Source: Magnetococcales bacterium (GTDB taxonomy: Bacteria; Pseudomonadota; Magnetococcia; Magnetococcales; UBA8363). From it: a DNA stretch of 23,808 bases. Positions 9,139 to 17,472 of this stretch are shown one piece after another. The DNA is taken from NCBI GenBank assembly GCA_015660855.1, contig JACSDG010000107.1, forward strand, positions 1 to 23,808, in the 5' to 3' direction. The notes under the pieces are model-generated. The model had not been told where the DNA came from. It saw nothing but the letters and a program-made list of their open reading frames with translations, and did no database searches. The position numbers were made by a program, and so were the translations under genes. Positions within the stretch are counted from its first letter, which is position 1. Every line of letters begins with the position of its first letter.

Positions 9139-10259
9139 GCCAGCGGATCCATCGCCAGATCATCGTTGTCGGCGGGGGACCGGGTGGATCCATGACGGCA
9201 TGGAAGCTGGCTTTGGCCGGATGTGAAGTCCTGCTCATCGAAGCCAAAACGTTTCCCCGCTCCAAACCCTGTGCCGGCTGGATCACCTGTGCTGCCATGC
9301 AGGCCATGGCGTTTGACGCAACCACCTATCCCCATCTTTTGGTTCCCATCACCCGTGTCGCCATTGGTCTTCACGATGGTTTGCACGTCACCCACTGGCC
9401 CAACCCGGTGAGCTACGGCATTTTGCGGCGGGAGCTGGATGATTTTCTCCTGCAACGGGCCAGGGCGGCGGGGGCGGAAATCTGGCTGGGACGGCGGGTG
9501 GATCGGGTTGAACTCGGACAGGATGATGCCCTCGTCGTTGTGGGCGCAACCCAGGTCCGTGGAAAATGGGTTGTGGGTGCCGGTGGTGCAAGCTGCCCGG
9601 TCGCACGCGCCGTGGGGGGGAAATCATTTTGGCAACACCGCACCATGGTCGCATCACAAACGAGCGAAACCCCCATAGGTATCCGCCAACTGGAAAATTC
9701 CGGGCTGGGGACCGGTCTGCCGGTGCTGTTTCCCGAACCGGAAGCAGATGGATATGCCTGGTATTTTACCAAGGGGGATCATCTAAACATTGGGGTGGGG
9801 GCGTTGGGTGGCGGACCTGCCATTCCCATGCGCCGGCAACGTTTCCTGGAACGTCTGCAACGCGCAGGCACCCTGGACCCCTCCTGGAAGCTGGCCCCGT
9901 TCATCGGCCATTCTTATGCCCTCTGGCGCGGATTGCGGCAACCGTTGGCGGGTCGCAACCATCTATTGGTGGGCGATGCCGCCGGCCTGGCACGGGATTT
10001 CAGTGGTGAAGGAATTGGACCCGCCGTCCGCAGTGGTTCCCTGGCGGCCAATTTTATCCTTTCCCAACCATCGGGCGATAGCGAAGCCAACGACCATACC
10101 CGACAATTGGCACGCCTCCAGGGCCATGGTTTGATCACAAAAATGGGGGGAATCCTGGAAAAACTGCCCCAATCCTTCCGCCGCACCCTGGTTGAAAGTC
10201 TGTGCCGATCCCCCTGGTTGCGGCGACGGTGGGTGTTGGAAAAAGCGTTCCTGGGGTAG
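9135..10259 (+). CDS. FAD-dependent oxidoreductase, geranylgeranyl reductase family
   Basis: 374-aa ORF. It has an N-terminal dinucleotide-binding fold 'IIVVGGGPGGSMTAW' and the 'KPCAGWI' motif. The geranylgeranyl-reductase-family signature 'HLLVGDAAGLARDFSGEGIGPAVRSGSLAA' is present. The GTG start at 9135 overlaps the antitoxin stop (GTGA). No earlier in-frame start can include the Rossmann motif. Confidence 0.75.
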   Translation: MSQRIHRQIIVVGGGPGGSMTAWKLALAGCEVLLIEAKTFPRSKPCAGWITCAAMQAMAFDATTYPHLLVPITRVAIGLHDGLHVTHWPNPVSYGILRRELDDFLLQRARAAGAEIWLGRRVDRVELGQDDALVVVGATQVRGKWVVGAGGASCPVARAVGGKSFWQHRTMVASQTSETPIGIRQLENSGLGTGLPVLFPEPEADGYAWYFTKGDHLNIGVGALGGGPAIPMRRQRFLERLQRAGTLDPSWKLAPFIGHSYALWRGLRQPLAGRNHLLVGDAAGLARDFSGEGIGPAVRSGSLAANFILSQPSGDSEANDHTRQLARLQGHGLITKMGGILEKLPQSFRRTLVESLCRSPWLRRRWVLEKAFLG

Positions 10260-10264
10260 GTCGG

Positions 10265-11419
10265 TCAGGCAAGATTTTCCAGGGCACTTTGGGTACGCCG
10301 AATCTGATGGAGCATTATTTTTTCACACCCGTCCCAACTTGTCTGCTCCCCCAGGCTAAAGCGTAGCCATTCGTTACGGCGCAACGAAAAATTGATGCCA
10401 CCATTGCCAAACATGCCGTGCATATGGGGATACCGTTGCAACCAGGCATGCACCCCCGGTCCCACATCGATGGCGCGACCCACGGGATAGGCCAAAAAAT
10501 GGATCAATGGAATTTTTTGTTGTTCCCAATAGTGGCTATTGTCTTCGATGGCCATGGCCACTTGGTCAGGGGTTTGATGCGAGAGGAGACGATGGGCGCG
10601 GGTATGGTTGCCGATTTCCCAGCCTGCGCGATGCAACCGCTCCACCCCATCCCGATCCAAGTGTACGTTAAGGTGGTTGGGATCTCCCAAGCATTCCCGG
10701 TAGGTTGCGTCGGTCACCTCCTCCATCACATCGGCGGCGTAATGGCCTTTCATCAGGCTTTGGAGTGCCGCCCCATCATCAGGCCAATCCTGTCCAGGCA
10801 ATTGCGCACGCAGGTTCGCCGCCAACCGCGCCGCGTATCCTTTAAGCACCAACACCCCCGCCAGAACTCGATACAAACTTTGGCGTTTCCGGGCAAACTC
10901 GGAACAGACAAAAACAGTCGGATGCAACCCCAATTGTTGAATAATGGGACCCGCCTGGGTCAGATTGTTGGTGAATCCATCATCAAAGGTCACCGCGAAA
11001 ACAGATTTCTCAAGACTCCCGTTGGCCCACAAACCTGGCAGTTCACTCAAGGCAACGGCGGGCATATGGGACAGCATAAATTTCAGTTGTTCTTGCAACT
11101 GTAAAATGGTCGTCTCCCCTTTGCGATAACCCTGTTCCCACAATTCACGCTGGTTGGGATCGACGACGCTGTGATAGAGCAGAATATAAACTCCCTTGGG
11201 AATTTTTTTTCTCACCCGTTTGACAAATATCCCAGGAAGGCACTTTCCGAGGCTTCGGGTAAGGAAAGATTGCGGCGGGGCGGGGGGAACCGGGGTTTTT
11301 TCAATGGTTTTTTGCAGATTCGGCCAATGCTCGTTCGGTGGGACGGTAGGGTGATTCATGGGGGAGGCCGGTTTTTTTTGGTCAGAGTAGACAAAATCCA
11401 GGGGATACGCCGCAACCAT
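10265..11419 (-). CDS. Polysaccharide deacetylase (NodB homology domain, carbohydrate esterase family 4)
   Basis: NodB motifs are present: 'TFDDGFTNN' (catalytic Asp and metal ligand) and 'GWEIGNHTRAH' (His ligands). The ORF-track start is 11419. An alternative ATG at 11359 (MNHPTV...) would overlap the upstream GT stop as ATGA. Neither start has a clear SD. Confidence 0.8.
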   Translation of the reverse strand: MVAAYPLDFVYSDQKKPASPMNHPTVPPNEHWPNLQKTIEKTPVPPAPPQSFLTRSLGKCLPGIFVKRVRKKIPKGVYILLYHSVVDPNQRELWEQGYRKGETTILQLQEQLKFMLSHMPAVALSELPGLWANGSLEKSVFAVTFDDGFTNNLTQAGPIIQQLGLHPTVFVCSEFARKRQSLYRVLAGVLVLKGYAARLAANLRAQLPGQDWPDDGAALQSLMKGHYAADVMEEVTDATYRECLGDPNHLNVHLDRDGVERLHRAGWEIGNHTRAHRLLSHQTPDQVAMAIEDNSHYWEQQKIPLIHFLAYPVGRAIDVGPGVHAWLQRYPHMHGMFGNGGINFSLRRNEWLRFSLGEQTSWDGCEKIMLHQIRRTQSALENLA

Positions 11420-12408
11420 CGACGCTGGGCCAAAATCCGGGGTCTCTGGGCCAGCAACTGTTGAAAAAGGTCATGGTAGTTCTGGCACATGCGTTGGGCG
11501 GTATGCGGAAAACCGACCATGCGTGCGGCCCACTGCGGGAAAGTCTGGAGCATTTCTTCCAGTTTGGCCTCCAAGGTTTCGGGGGTATATTCAATCCCAT
11601 AACCATTGCAGTATTCGACCATGGAGCCGCTGTCAAGGTAGAGCAATGGCAAACCGCACAACCCCGCCTCCAGGTTGTGGTTCCCCCCCGATTCGTGCCT
11701 GGCGGCGGTAATATAGGCATCGTGTCGGCGCAACTCCTGGGCGAGGGCCTCCCCCGAGAGCGGTTCGATAAGGCGCGCCCGTTCAAAATGAAAATCCTTA
11801 GGCACGCGACCAATATAGGTAAATTCAATCCGCTCTGCCCATTGGGGATCGGCGAGCAATCGATCCAATTGTTGGTAAACGTCAAAGCCTTTGTTCCAAT
11901 GGTTGCTCCAATGATGGGTCACCAGTTTTAATAGTTTTTCCTGTTTTTTTTGGGGGGGTTCTCCAGGTTGCCAAAGGTGATGATCGCCGCCGTTGAGGAT
12001 GACACTCCAGGGACGCAAACGATTAAAACCGGATTCCAGGTAACGATCTTTGACCCATTGACTGACGAAGACGGTGTGGTCGGCGATTTGGTTGGCGTGA
12101 ATGCGATAATGATTGAATGTTTTGGCAAGGTCGTCACGGGCTTCGCTGGTGTTGTTGATGCGGTGGACAACGATGGCGTTGGGATTTTTCAGCAGGAGAT
12201 AGAGGAGGATATCACGATGGTCATAGGCGGAGATACGCAACCGGGCATCGGGTTCGGCCAACAGAATGATATCCAAATCCCGGTCTTCCAGGTCATGGCT
12301 CACCCGTTCCCCCTGGTCTCCCAGGTATTGCGTCAAAGCCTTGCCAAACTGATTTCCCCCACCCCAAGCCCCCGATTGGAGGCTCATGCCGATGCTTATT
12401 TTTGTCAA
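11356..12408 (-). CDS. Glycosyltransferase, GT-B fold (GT4-like)
   Basis: 350-aa ORF. The N-terminus 'ISIGMSLQSGAWGGGNQFGKALTQYL' resembles the GT4 N-domain. The C-terminal block 'ESGGNHNLEAGLCGLPLLYLDSG' resembles the GT-B E-x7-E/donor-binding region. The TTG start at 12408 is preceded by a GAGGA SD and overlaps the upstream stop as TTGA. A C7A8 tract (plus 11944-11958) encodes PPQKK. Confidence 0.65.
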   Translation of the reverse strand: MTKISIGMSLQSGAWGGGNQFGKALTQYLGDQGERVSHDLEDRDLDIILLAEPDARLRISAYDHRDILLYLLLKNPNAIVVHRINNTSEARDDLAKTFNHYRIHANQIADHTVFVSQWVKDRYLESGFNRLRPWSVILNGGDHHLWQPGEPPQKKQEKLLKLVTHHWSNHWNKGFDVYQQLDRLLADPQWAERIEFTYIGRVPKDFHFERARLIEPLSGEALAQELRRHDAYITAARHESGGNHNLEAGLCGLPLLYLDSGSMVEYCNGYGIEYTPETLEAKLEEMLQTFPQWAARMVGFPHTAQRMCQNYHDLFQQLLAQRPRILAQRRWLRRIPWILSTLTKKNRPPP

Positions 12409-13361
12409 TGTTTTTCCTCACTGTTGCATGCGGCGTTGAGATTCCGCCTGATCTCATCGGAAGTGCTTTGAGAATCCAGTTCATCGACAATTTCATAAAT
12501 TCTTTCCCAATAGGGGGGCAATTCTCCCAACACCCGATCCCGTTGCAAAGGTTTATCGGAAATAGCCAAGTGCAGCGTATAGGGAAGGGTAAACATGGGA
12601 GGAAACAGTTCCTTCCTGGGCACCCCCTCCCGGGAATCGTCATCCAAAGGCAAGCAATAACTCTTAACCACATCCACCCCCCGTTGCAACGCCTCCCTGG
12701 TCTCTGGTTGATCATGAAAATGCGAGGGAACGGGGGAAAAAATAATCATTGCCTTGGAGGAATACAAACCTAGCCGTATGTTCTCATCACGGAGACTTTT
12801 CAATGTTTCATCAAGACCGGCAATGTTTTGGTGATTCAGGCCGGAGACCAGAACGATCCGGTCTGCCATATATCCCATGGTTAAATCCACCAAATCCAGA
12901 TAACCGGGACAACAATCGATGAGCACATAATCAACTCCACGATCAGCCCCTTCCGGCTTGAACGCCGCCAAATCTTCAATAAATTTTTGCGCATAAAAAC
13001 GCAACGCCCATTCTTCCAGGCTTTCGTTTGCACGTCCTTCCTTGGGGGGAACTTTGTGGGTTCTCGATTCACTGAATTTTTGAATCTGAAACTGGTTGGT
13101 TTTACCTGCCGGCAATACAAGAAAACGCCCGTTGGATCCCCATATTCCTTTGGGATCATCGGACTTCCTGTCGCGTAAAAGTTTGCTCGGGGGGTAAAAA
13201 TTAAAAGTGCCTTTTTCAAGATCCCGACTAGAATAGAATTCGGCAAGCAAATCACCGACGCCCAATTCATTCAATTTTTCATCGGGATGTTTACGCAGGT
13301 TGGGGGAATAGCTGATGCCGGGGGCATGGATATCCATATCCACCAAGTGCCGTGCGCCCAA
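12405..13361 (-). CDS. ParA/MinD-fold P-loop NTPase-like protein with degenerate Walker A (putative pseudo-ATPase)
   Basis: A strong Walker B / ParA signature 'RGVDYVLIDCCPGYLDLVDLTMGYMADRIVLVS' is present, and the 'FLVLPAG' segment corresponds to the ParA switch region. The position where the deviant Walker A 'KGGVGKT' should sit (residues ~8-20) reads 'DMDIHAPGISYSPNL', with no lysines and no GK[ST]. No Walker A is found in other frames upstream. The start is uncertain: the TTG at 13361 lies only 2 nt after a GGGAGGAG SD. Confidence 0.5.
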   Translation of the reverse strand: MGARHLVDMDIHAPGISYSPNLRKHPDEKLNELGVGDLLAEFYSSRDLEKGTFNFYPPSKLLRDRKSDDPKGIWGSNGRFLVLPAGKTNQFQIQKFSESRTHKVPPKEGRANESLEEWALRFYAQKFIEDLAAFKPEGADRGVDYVLIDCCPGYLDLVDLTMGYMADRIVLVSGLNHQNIAGLDETLKSLRDENIRLGLYSSKAMIIFSPVPSHFHDQPETREALQRGVDVVKSYCLPLDDDSREGVPRKELFPPMFTLPYTLHLAISDKPLQRDRVLGELPPYWERIYEIVDELDSQSTSDEIRRNLNAACNSEEKH

Positions 13362-13415
13362 CTCCTCCCTTGAATGAATAGAAGGTGTAAACTTTCATAT
13401 AATGACCTATTGCCT

Positions 13416-14105
13416 TCATGCCGCGCTTTTAAAGTCAACCACAACCACATTTGGGAACGGACTTTTAAACACATCCTGAATTCCCCCCATTTCTTTTGAA
13501 GAAGAATTCTGTCCCGCTGCCGCCGCAGCAATGCGTTTCTCTCTACCAGCATCGGGAAAATAATCGAGTGCCCGTGGCCCGAAGGTTAAATATTTTTCAC
13601 GTCCCACTTTGTGCCGGGAGATCAGTTCCCAATCTTCCAACTGATTCAAAATGCGCGTCAGATTGGCCGGCTTCAGGGCCAACTTTTCACCCAGATCTTT
13701 TTGTAAAACATATTTTGCCTCACCGATCTGTTCCATGATCTTGCACACATGCTCCCGGTTGAGGATTTCCTCCGGAATTTCCATGTGCCGCGCCACCACT
13801 CTGTCGTGCAGAACATTCTGAAATGCCAACCAACGGGTAGCATAGGCTTCGCTCATGCCGTTGAGTATTTTTTTCCGGGAAGCGTCCGCAGCCACACTTT
13901 CCAGGTGCAGAGACAATGTTTCCATCTCTTTAACATGGGCATGATCCCACAGGGCAATATACAGCTTCCAACGGTAGGCAAAATCCAATTTCTGGGCAAT
14001 CGATTCATCCCATCGCTCAATTTTCTTAACAGCATCTAAAATGCCGTCAAGATCGGATATTTCCGAAAGCCAAAGCGGGTCTATCGTGTCAAGGTCAATC
14101 GCCAT
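13416..14105 (-). CDS. Hypothetical protein with central winged-helix (MarR-like) DNA-binding motif
   Basis: 229-aa ORF. The segment 'YVLQKDLGEKLALKPANLTRILNQLEDWELISRHKVGREKYLTF' has the helix-turn-helix plus wing pattern of MarR/PadR-type wHTH. The flanking domains have no motif I recognise. It sits directly upstream of the ParA-like gene in the same frame, but the two are separated by several stop codons. Confidence 0.45.
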   Translation of the reverse strand: MAIDLDTIDPLWLSEISDLDGILDAVKKIERWDESIAQKLDFAYRWKLYIALWDHAHVKEMETLSLHLESVAADASRKKILNGMSEAYATRWLAFQNVLHDRVVARHMEIPEEILNREHVCKIMEQIGEAKYVLQKDLGEKLALKPANLTRILNQLEDWELISRHKVGREKYLTFGPRALDYFPDAGREKRIAAAAAGQNSSSKEMGGIQDVFKSPFPNVVVVDFKSAA

Positions 14106-14429
14106 GAAGAAAACCTTTGTAAATCATTTTACTGAAGACGCGCACACCATCATTCACAACACTTTACACCATCTTCGGTTTTCCTGCACACGCCTTCGTT
14201 ATTGCGCATATAAAAACCTCAATTAATAAAAAAACTCACAATAGATTTCCAAGCGTAGCAAAGGCATTGATCATTTTCAACACGAATCGCTCACTCACGC
14301 AAAAAAAACGGCATTAACCTTGCATTAATCATGAAGAAAATCCACGCAGACTGTTGGCCCCCATCCTGCCACCCTCGCGCCAAATTAAAAAATGAACAAC
14401 CTTCAACCCGTTCTTCCAAGGTGCCTGTC

Positions 14430-15194
14430 ATGATGGTCGATTACATCCCATGCGCTGACTCCAGTACAGTAAAAAAATGTGCCAGAAAAATTCCTTGGCT
14501 CCCCTTCCTTCTGGTTCTCGCCTGCGTTTGCCAGCCGGTCCTCGCCGAAGAAGGCATCTTCAACGATGAACGAAATTCCGGTTTCAACAATCGCTGGGTC
14601 GAACCCAATAATACCAGTGCCCATGAAATCGGTTTGTCCAAAGGTGCCGCAAAACCATCGTTCGTCCCCGCCCACCACGTCATCCATTGGCGTTGGGATA
14701 AGACTGTCTTTTCCTATTCCAACTATTCATGGGGTATGCAATGGCGCGGTTGCAACGAACCCATCGATTTCCTGTCCATCCTCTATATGGACCGGCCACC
14801 CGCAGAAATGACTTTGGAATATTATAAAAATTTTACCAGACGCGCCGAACAGGTGGCCCTCAAATTTGAACTCATCCTGGCCGATGACGATTTCTCTGGC
14901 AAAGCCATCAACGTCCGGTTTGATATGGTCGGCGACATCCCCTCCGAAGATGTCAATATTCTTGAACACCTCTACTCCCACGACCATCCCCACCCCCCCA
15001 TCACCATCTACCCCAAAGCCCCCAATCTGGGATTGGAAAAAAAACGTCCCTATGAAGTCATCATCAACTTCATCGACTTCGCATTCCTGGAGCAAGGATT
15101 GGATCTGACAAAAATGAAACAAATTGTGTTCAGCATACCCAAAGATGGACCGAAAAAAGGAGATATCTTTCTCTACAATATTCGTATCGAATAA
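14430..15194 (+). CDS. Secreted hypothetical protein (Sec signal peptide)
   Basis: The ORF track gives 14331..15194. The preferred start is the ATG at 14430 (MMVDY...), with an AAGGTG SD 6 nt upstream. The signal peptide is 'KKCARKIPWLPFLLVLACVCQPVLA|EEG'. The mature protein is hydrophilic with an 'HDHPHPP' patch and a C-terminus 'GDIFLYNIRIE'. I recognise no family. Confidence 0.5.
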   Translation: MMVDYIPCADSSTVKKCARKIPWLPFLLVLACVCQPVLAEEGIFNDERNSGFNNRWVEPNNTSAHEIGLSKGAAKPSFVPAHHVIHWRWDKTVFSYSNYSWGMQWRGCNEPIDFLSILYMDRPPAEMTLEYYKNFTRRAEQVALKFELILADDDFSGKAINVRFDMVGDIPSEDVNILEHLYSHDHPHPPITIYPKAPNLGLEKKRPYEVIINFIDFAFLEQGLDLTKMKQIVFSIPKDGPKKGDIFLYNIRIE

Positions 15195-15201
15195 TCCCCC
15201 C

Positions 15202-16218
15202 TCATGGAGGTGGATTCGTGGAATCTTTCAGTGCCCGTTTAAAATCACGATGGTAGATGAGGTAAAAAACAAAACCTGGCAGCAAAGCCATGGAGGAAAC
15301 AATGCGAAAAACCAAAAAAATGGTGCCGTAGCCCGTCACTGAAGGAATGGTCTCCAGCAGGCGGGCAATCTGATCAAAACTACCCTCGCCCACCCCAAGC
15401 CCTCCCGGCGTCACCGGCAAGGCATTGGCCGCCGTTGACCAAAGCGTCACCAATACGTAATCCGCCCCGCTGAGCGTCCCTATACCACTGGAAAAGACGA
15501 TCACAATGATACAGGCAATGGTCAGCAAATGATTCAATACTGCCAACAAAAGGACCAAAACCATCCGTTTAGGGGTCTTCTTGTAGAGATCAATCGCATG
15601 GACCAACCGGTCCAAAATCCAGCGCAACTGTGTCGAAGGGACGCTAGAAAGCAGCCACTCCCCCCATGAAGTGTGACTCCAGCGAAGAAAAACATACGCC
15701 GCCAACGGCAGTCCAAAAGTGACTCCCGTGGCAAATATCCACAATATTTTCAGAGGCACATGCTGATTGGCGGCGTCCAAATAGAAAAAAGAAAAAACAA
15801 AACAAAGCAAAAATTGTGAATAAACCCCAATCATCCGGTCGAAAAAAATGGACCACGCCGCCGCAGTGCGTTGATCCGGAGTTTCCTGGACCACATAGGC
15901 GGTACGCAGGGCGTCGGAAGTGACAAATCCGCCGGGGAGAAAAATGGAGAAAAATACCGTAATAAACAGAATCTGTACCGATTTGAACGCCGAAACCTGA
16001 ATCCCTTGGCACGAAAGCAACAAAAACCAACGCCAACCCGACAATACCATCGCCACCAAAACGATAACCACAATCTGCAATACCACCATGGGGTGCGTCA
16101 CCAGTTGCCGCAACATGACAAAATCAATCACGTCACCAAAATAGAGTGCCGCCAACAATCCCGCCGCAATAACCAGCTTAACGCCGGGCGTCATGATCCG
16201 CTCCATCGACAAATTCAC
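15202..16218 (-). CDS. Flippase-like domain membrane protein (UPF0104 / lysylphosphatidylglycerol-synthase TM-region family)
   Basis: The protein is polytopic and hydrophobic, with about 8 predicted TM helices. The family signature 'LPVTPGGLGVGEG' is present. The GTG start at 16218 has an AGGAGA SD 5 nt upstream. Confidence 0.7.
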   Translation of the reverse strand: MNLSMERIMTPGVKLVIAAGLLAALYFGDVIDFVMLRQLVTHPMVVLQIVVIVLVAMVLSGWRWFLLLSCQGIQVSAFKSVQILFITVFFSIFLPGGFVTSDALRTAYVVQETPDQRTAAAWSIFFDRMIGVYSQFLLCFVFSFFYLDAANQHVPLKILWIFATGVTFGLPLAAYVFLRWSHTSWGEWLLSSVPSTQLRWILDRLVHAIDLYKKTPKRMVLVLLLAVLNHLLTIACIIVIVFSSGIGTLSGADYVLVTLWSTAANALPVTPGGLGVGEGSFDQIARLLETIPSVTGYGTIFLVFRIVSSMALLPGFVFYLIYHRDFKRALKDSTNPPP

Positions 16219-16298
16219 AGTCTCTCCTGTCTTATGTAACCTTGTAGAAAATCATCCGGGTAACTATTCAGTCCGCCCCCTCCTTTTTCAAGGTTCAA

Positions 16299-17459
16299 TT
16301 ATTCAATGCCGCTTTGATTTGGCTCTCCGAAAAACCACCAGAGTCCACCGATAAGCGCACCGACGGCCACGACCGTCAGGGTGATCTTGACCCAACTGTA
16401 GGGTCGTTCTCCCTGAACTTCGCCGCTGCGACCGTTGATTAAAAATGGATAACCGCGATTGCCAAAACGATAGGTACTGAGCCAAATGGGCAACAGAATG
16501 TGTTTGAAGGTGACATCGCTGTATCGGGTGTTCAGATGGTCAATCCTTTGCTCATCGCCGCCAATGTCGCGTTGAACCAATCTTTTGATGGTTTCGGCCA
16601 TCCGTTCCGTGGCCTGACCGAATCCTTCTTGCAATCCCAACCGATAACTCTGGGCGCAAAATCCACTGACATAGTCGGAATCGTAGGCCACAAGATTTTC
16701 CAAATCCCAGGGTTCCAGATGGTTGGCCATGTCCTTGGGCAAAAGATCACTCGCCATGACCAGGACATCGTCAAACCCATGGGCCACATGACCGCTGGTG
16801 GAAGTCCATCGGGTGCGGGTAACGGTGCGGGTTTTTTGGACGGTTTGTCCCCCTTCGGTGGTGGTATAGGTCTCCTGTACATGGTAATGAACCCCCCTTT
16901 GCCCCCGATAATCACTGTGGGTTTGGGTATCGAAGGTCCAATAGGGGACGTACAAACCATTCAAGGGGGTATCACTGCGTGCCGCCATTTTAAGTTTGTT
17001 GGGGGCAAACCAGCGGCTTGAAACCCATTTTACAAAATGATCACGGGCTTGTTTTTTATCCACCTTGAAAGGTAGCAGGCTCGAAGGTTTGATCTGACGC
17101 TTGGACGTTTCCTGAAGATCCATGGCCATGCCGCAAAAAGGACAGGCCAAGGCAATGGTTCCCCGTTCAGGCTTCACCGTGGCACCACAACCGGCGCACT
17201 GGACCACGACAACGTCCTCTACGCGACCGTCCGCTTCGGCTTTTTGCAGCCAAGCGTCAAAATCAAGCTCTTTGATTTCTCCCCTGCTGAGTGGCACCTC
17301 CTGGGCATGGCCACAATGTTCGCAAACCAGGGAAGTGGTTCCGGGGACGAAGCCCAAGTGGGCACCGCATTGGGTACAAGGGAATTGCTGCGGCCCAGGG
17401 TTGGTATGACCCGGTACGGTGGGAATTTTTTTTTCCTGCGGGTGCGACTTTGGGTTCAT
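16299..17459 (-). CDS. Double zinc-ribbon protein with C-terminal transmembrane anchor (B. subtilis YdjG-like)
   Basis: There are two CxxC...CxxC ribbons: 'CTQCGAHL...CEHCGHA' and 'CAGCGATV...CPFCGMA'. A conserved-looking middle domain includes 'LYVPYWTFDTQ', and the C-terminal TM helix is 'ITLTVVAVGALIGGLWWFF'. The preferred start is the ATG at 17459 (MNPKS), with an AGGAAG SD, 13 nt after the SPFH gene stop. The ORF track extends to 17501. An A9 run (17426-17434) lies in codons ~9-12. Confidence 0.6.
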   Translation of the reverse strand: MNPKSHPQEKKIPTVPGHTNPGPQQFPCTQCGAHLGFVPGTTSLVCEHCGHAQEVPLSRGEIKELDFDAWLQKAEADGRVEDVVVVQCAGCGATVKPERGTIALACPFCGMAMDLQETSKRQIKPSSLLPFKVDKKQARDHFVKWVSSRWFAPNKLKMAARSDTPLNGLYVPYWTFDTQTHSDYRGQRGVHYHVQETYTTTEGGQTVQKTRTVTRTRWTSTSGHVAHGFDDVLVMASDLLPKDMANHLEPWDLENLVAYDSDYVSGFCAQSYRLGLQEGFGQATERMAETIKRLVQRDIGGDEQRIDHLNTRYSDVTFKHILLPIWLSTYRFGNRGYPFLINGRSGEVQGERPYSWVKITLTVVAVGALIGGLWWFFGEPNQSGIE

Positions 17460-17472
17460 GGAGACTTCCTTA

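Noticed and set aside
10418-12471. Plus-strand ORFs 10418..11104, 11461..11931 and 11950..12471
   Set aside because: They are antisense to the deacetylase and GT genes, with Gly/Pro/His-rich translations and no RBS.
13362-13418. Possibility that the wHTH ORF and the ParA-like ORF are one gene joined by stop-codon read-through or a single sequencing error
   Set aside because: They are in the same frame, but the 54-nt gap contains at least three stop codons (TGA at 13416-18, TAG at 13407-09, TGA at 13395-97). A single read-through or indel cannot fuse them. An ancient decayed fusion remains possible; see finding.
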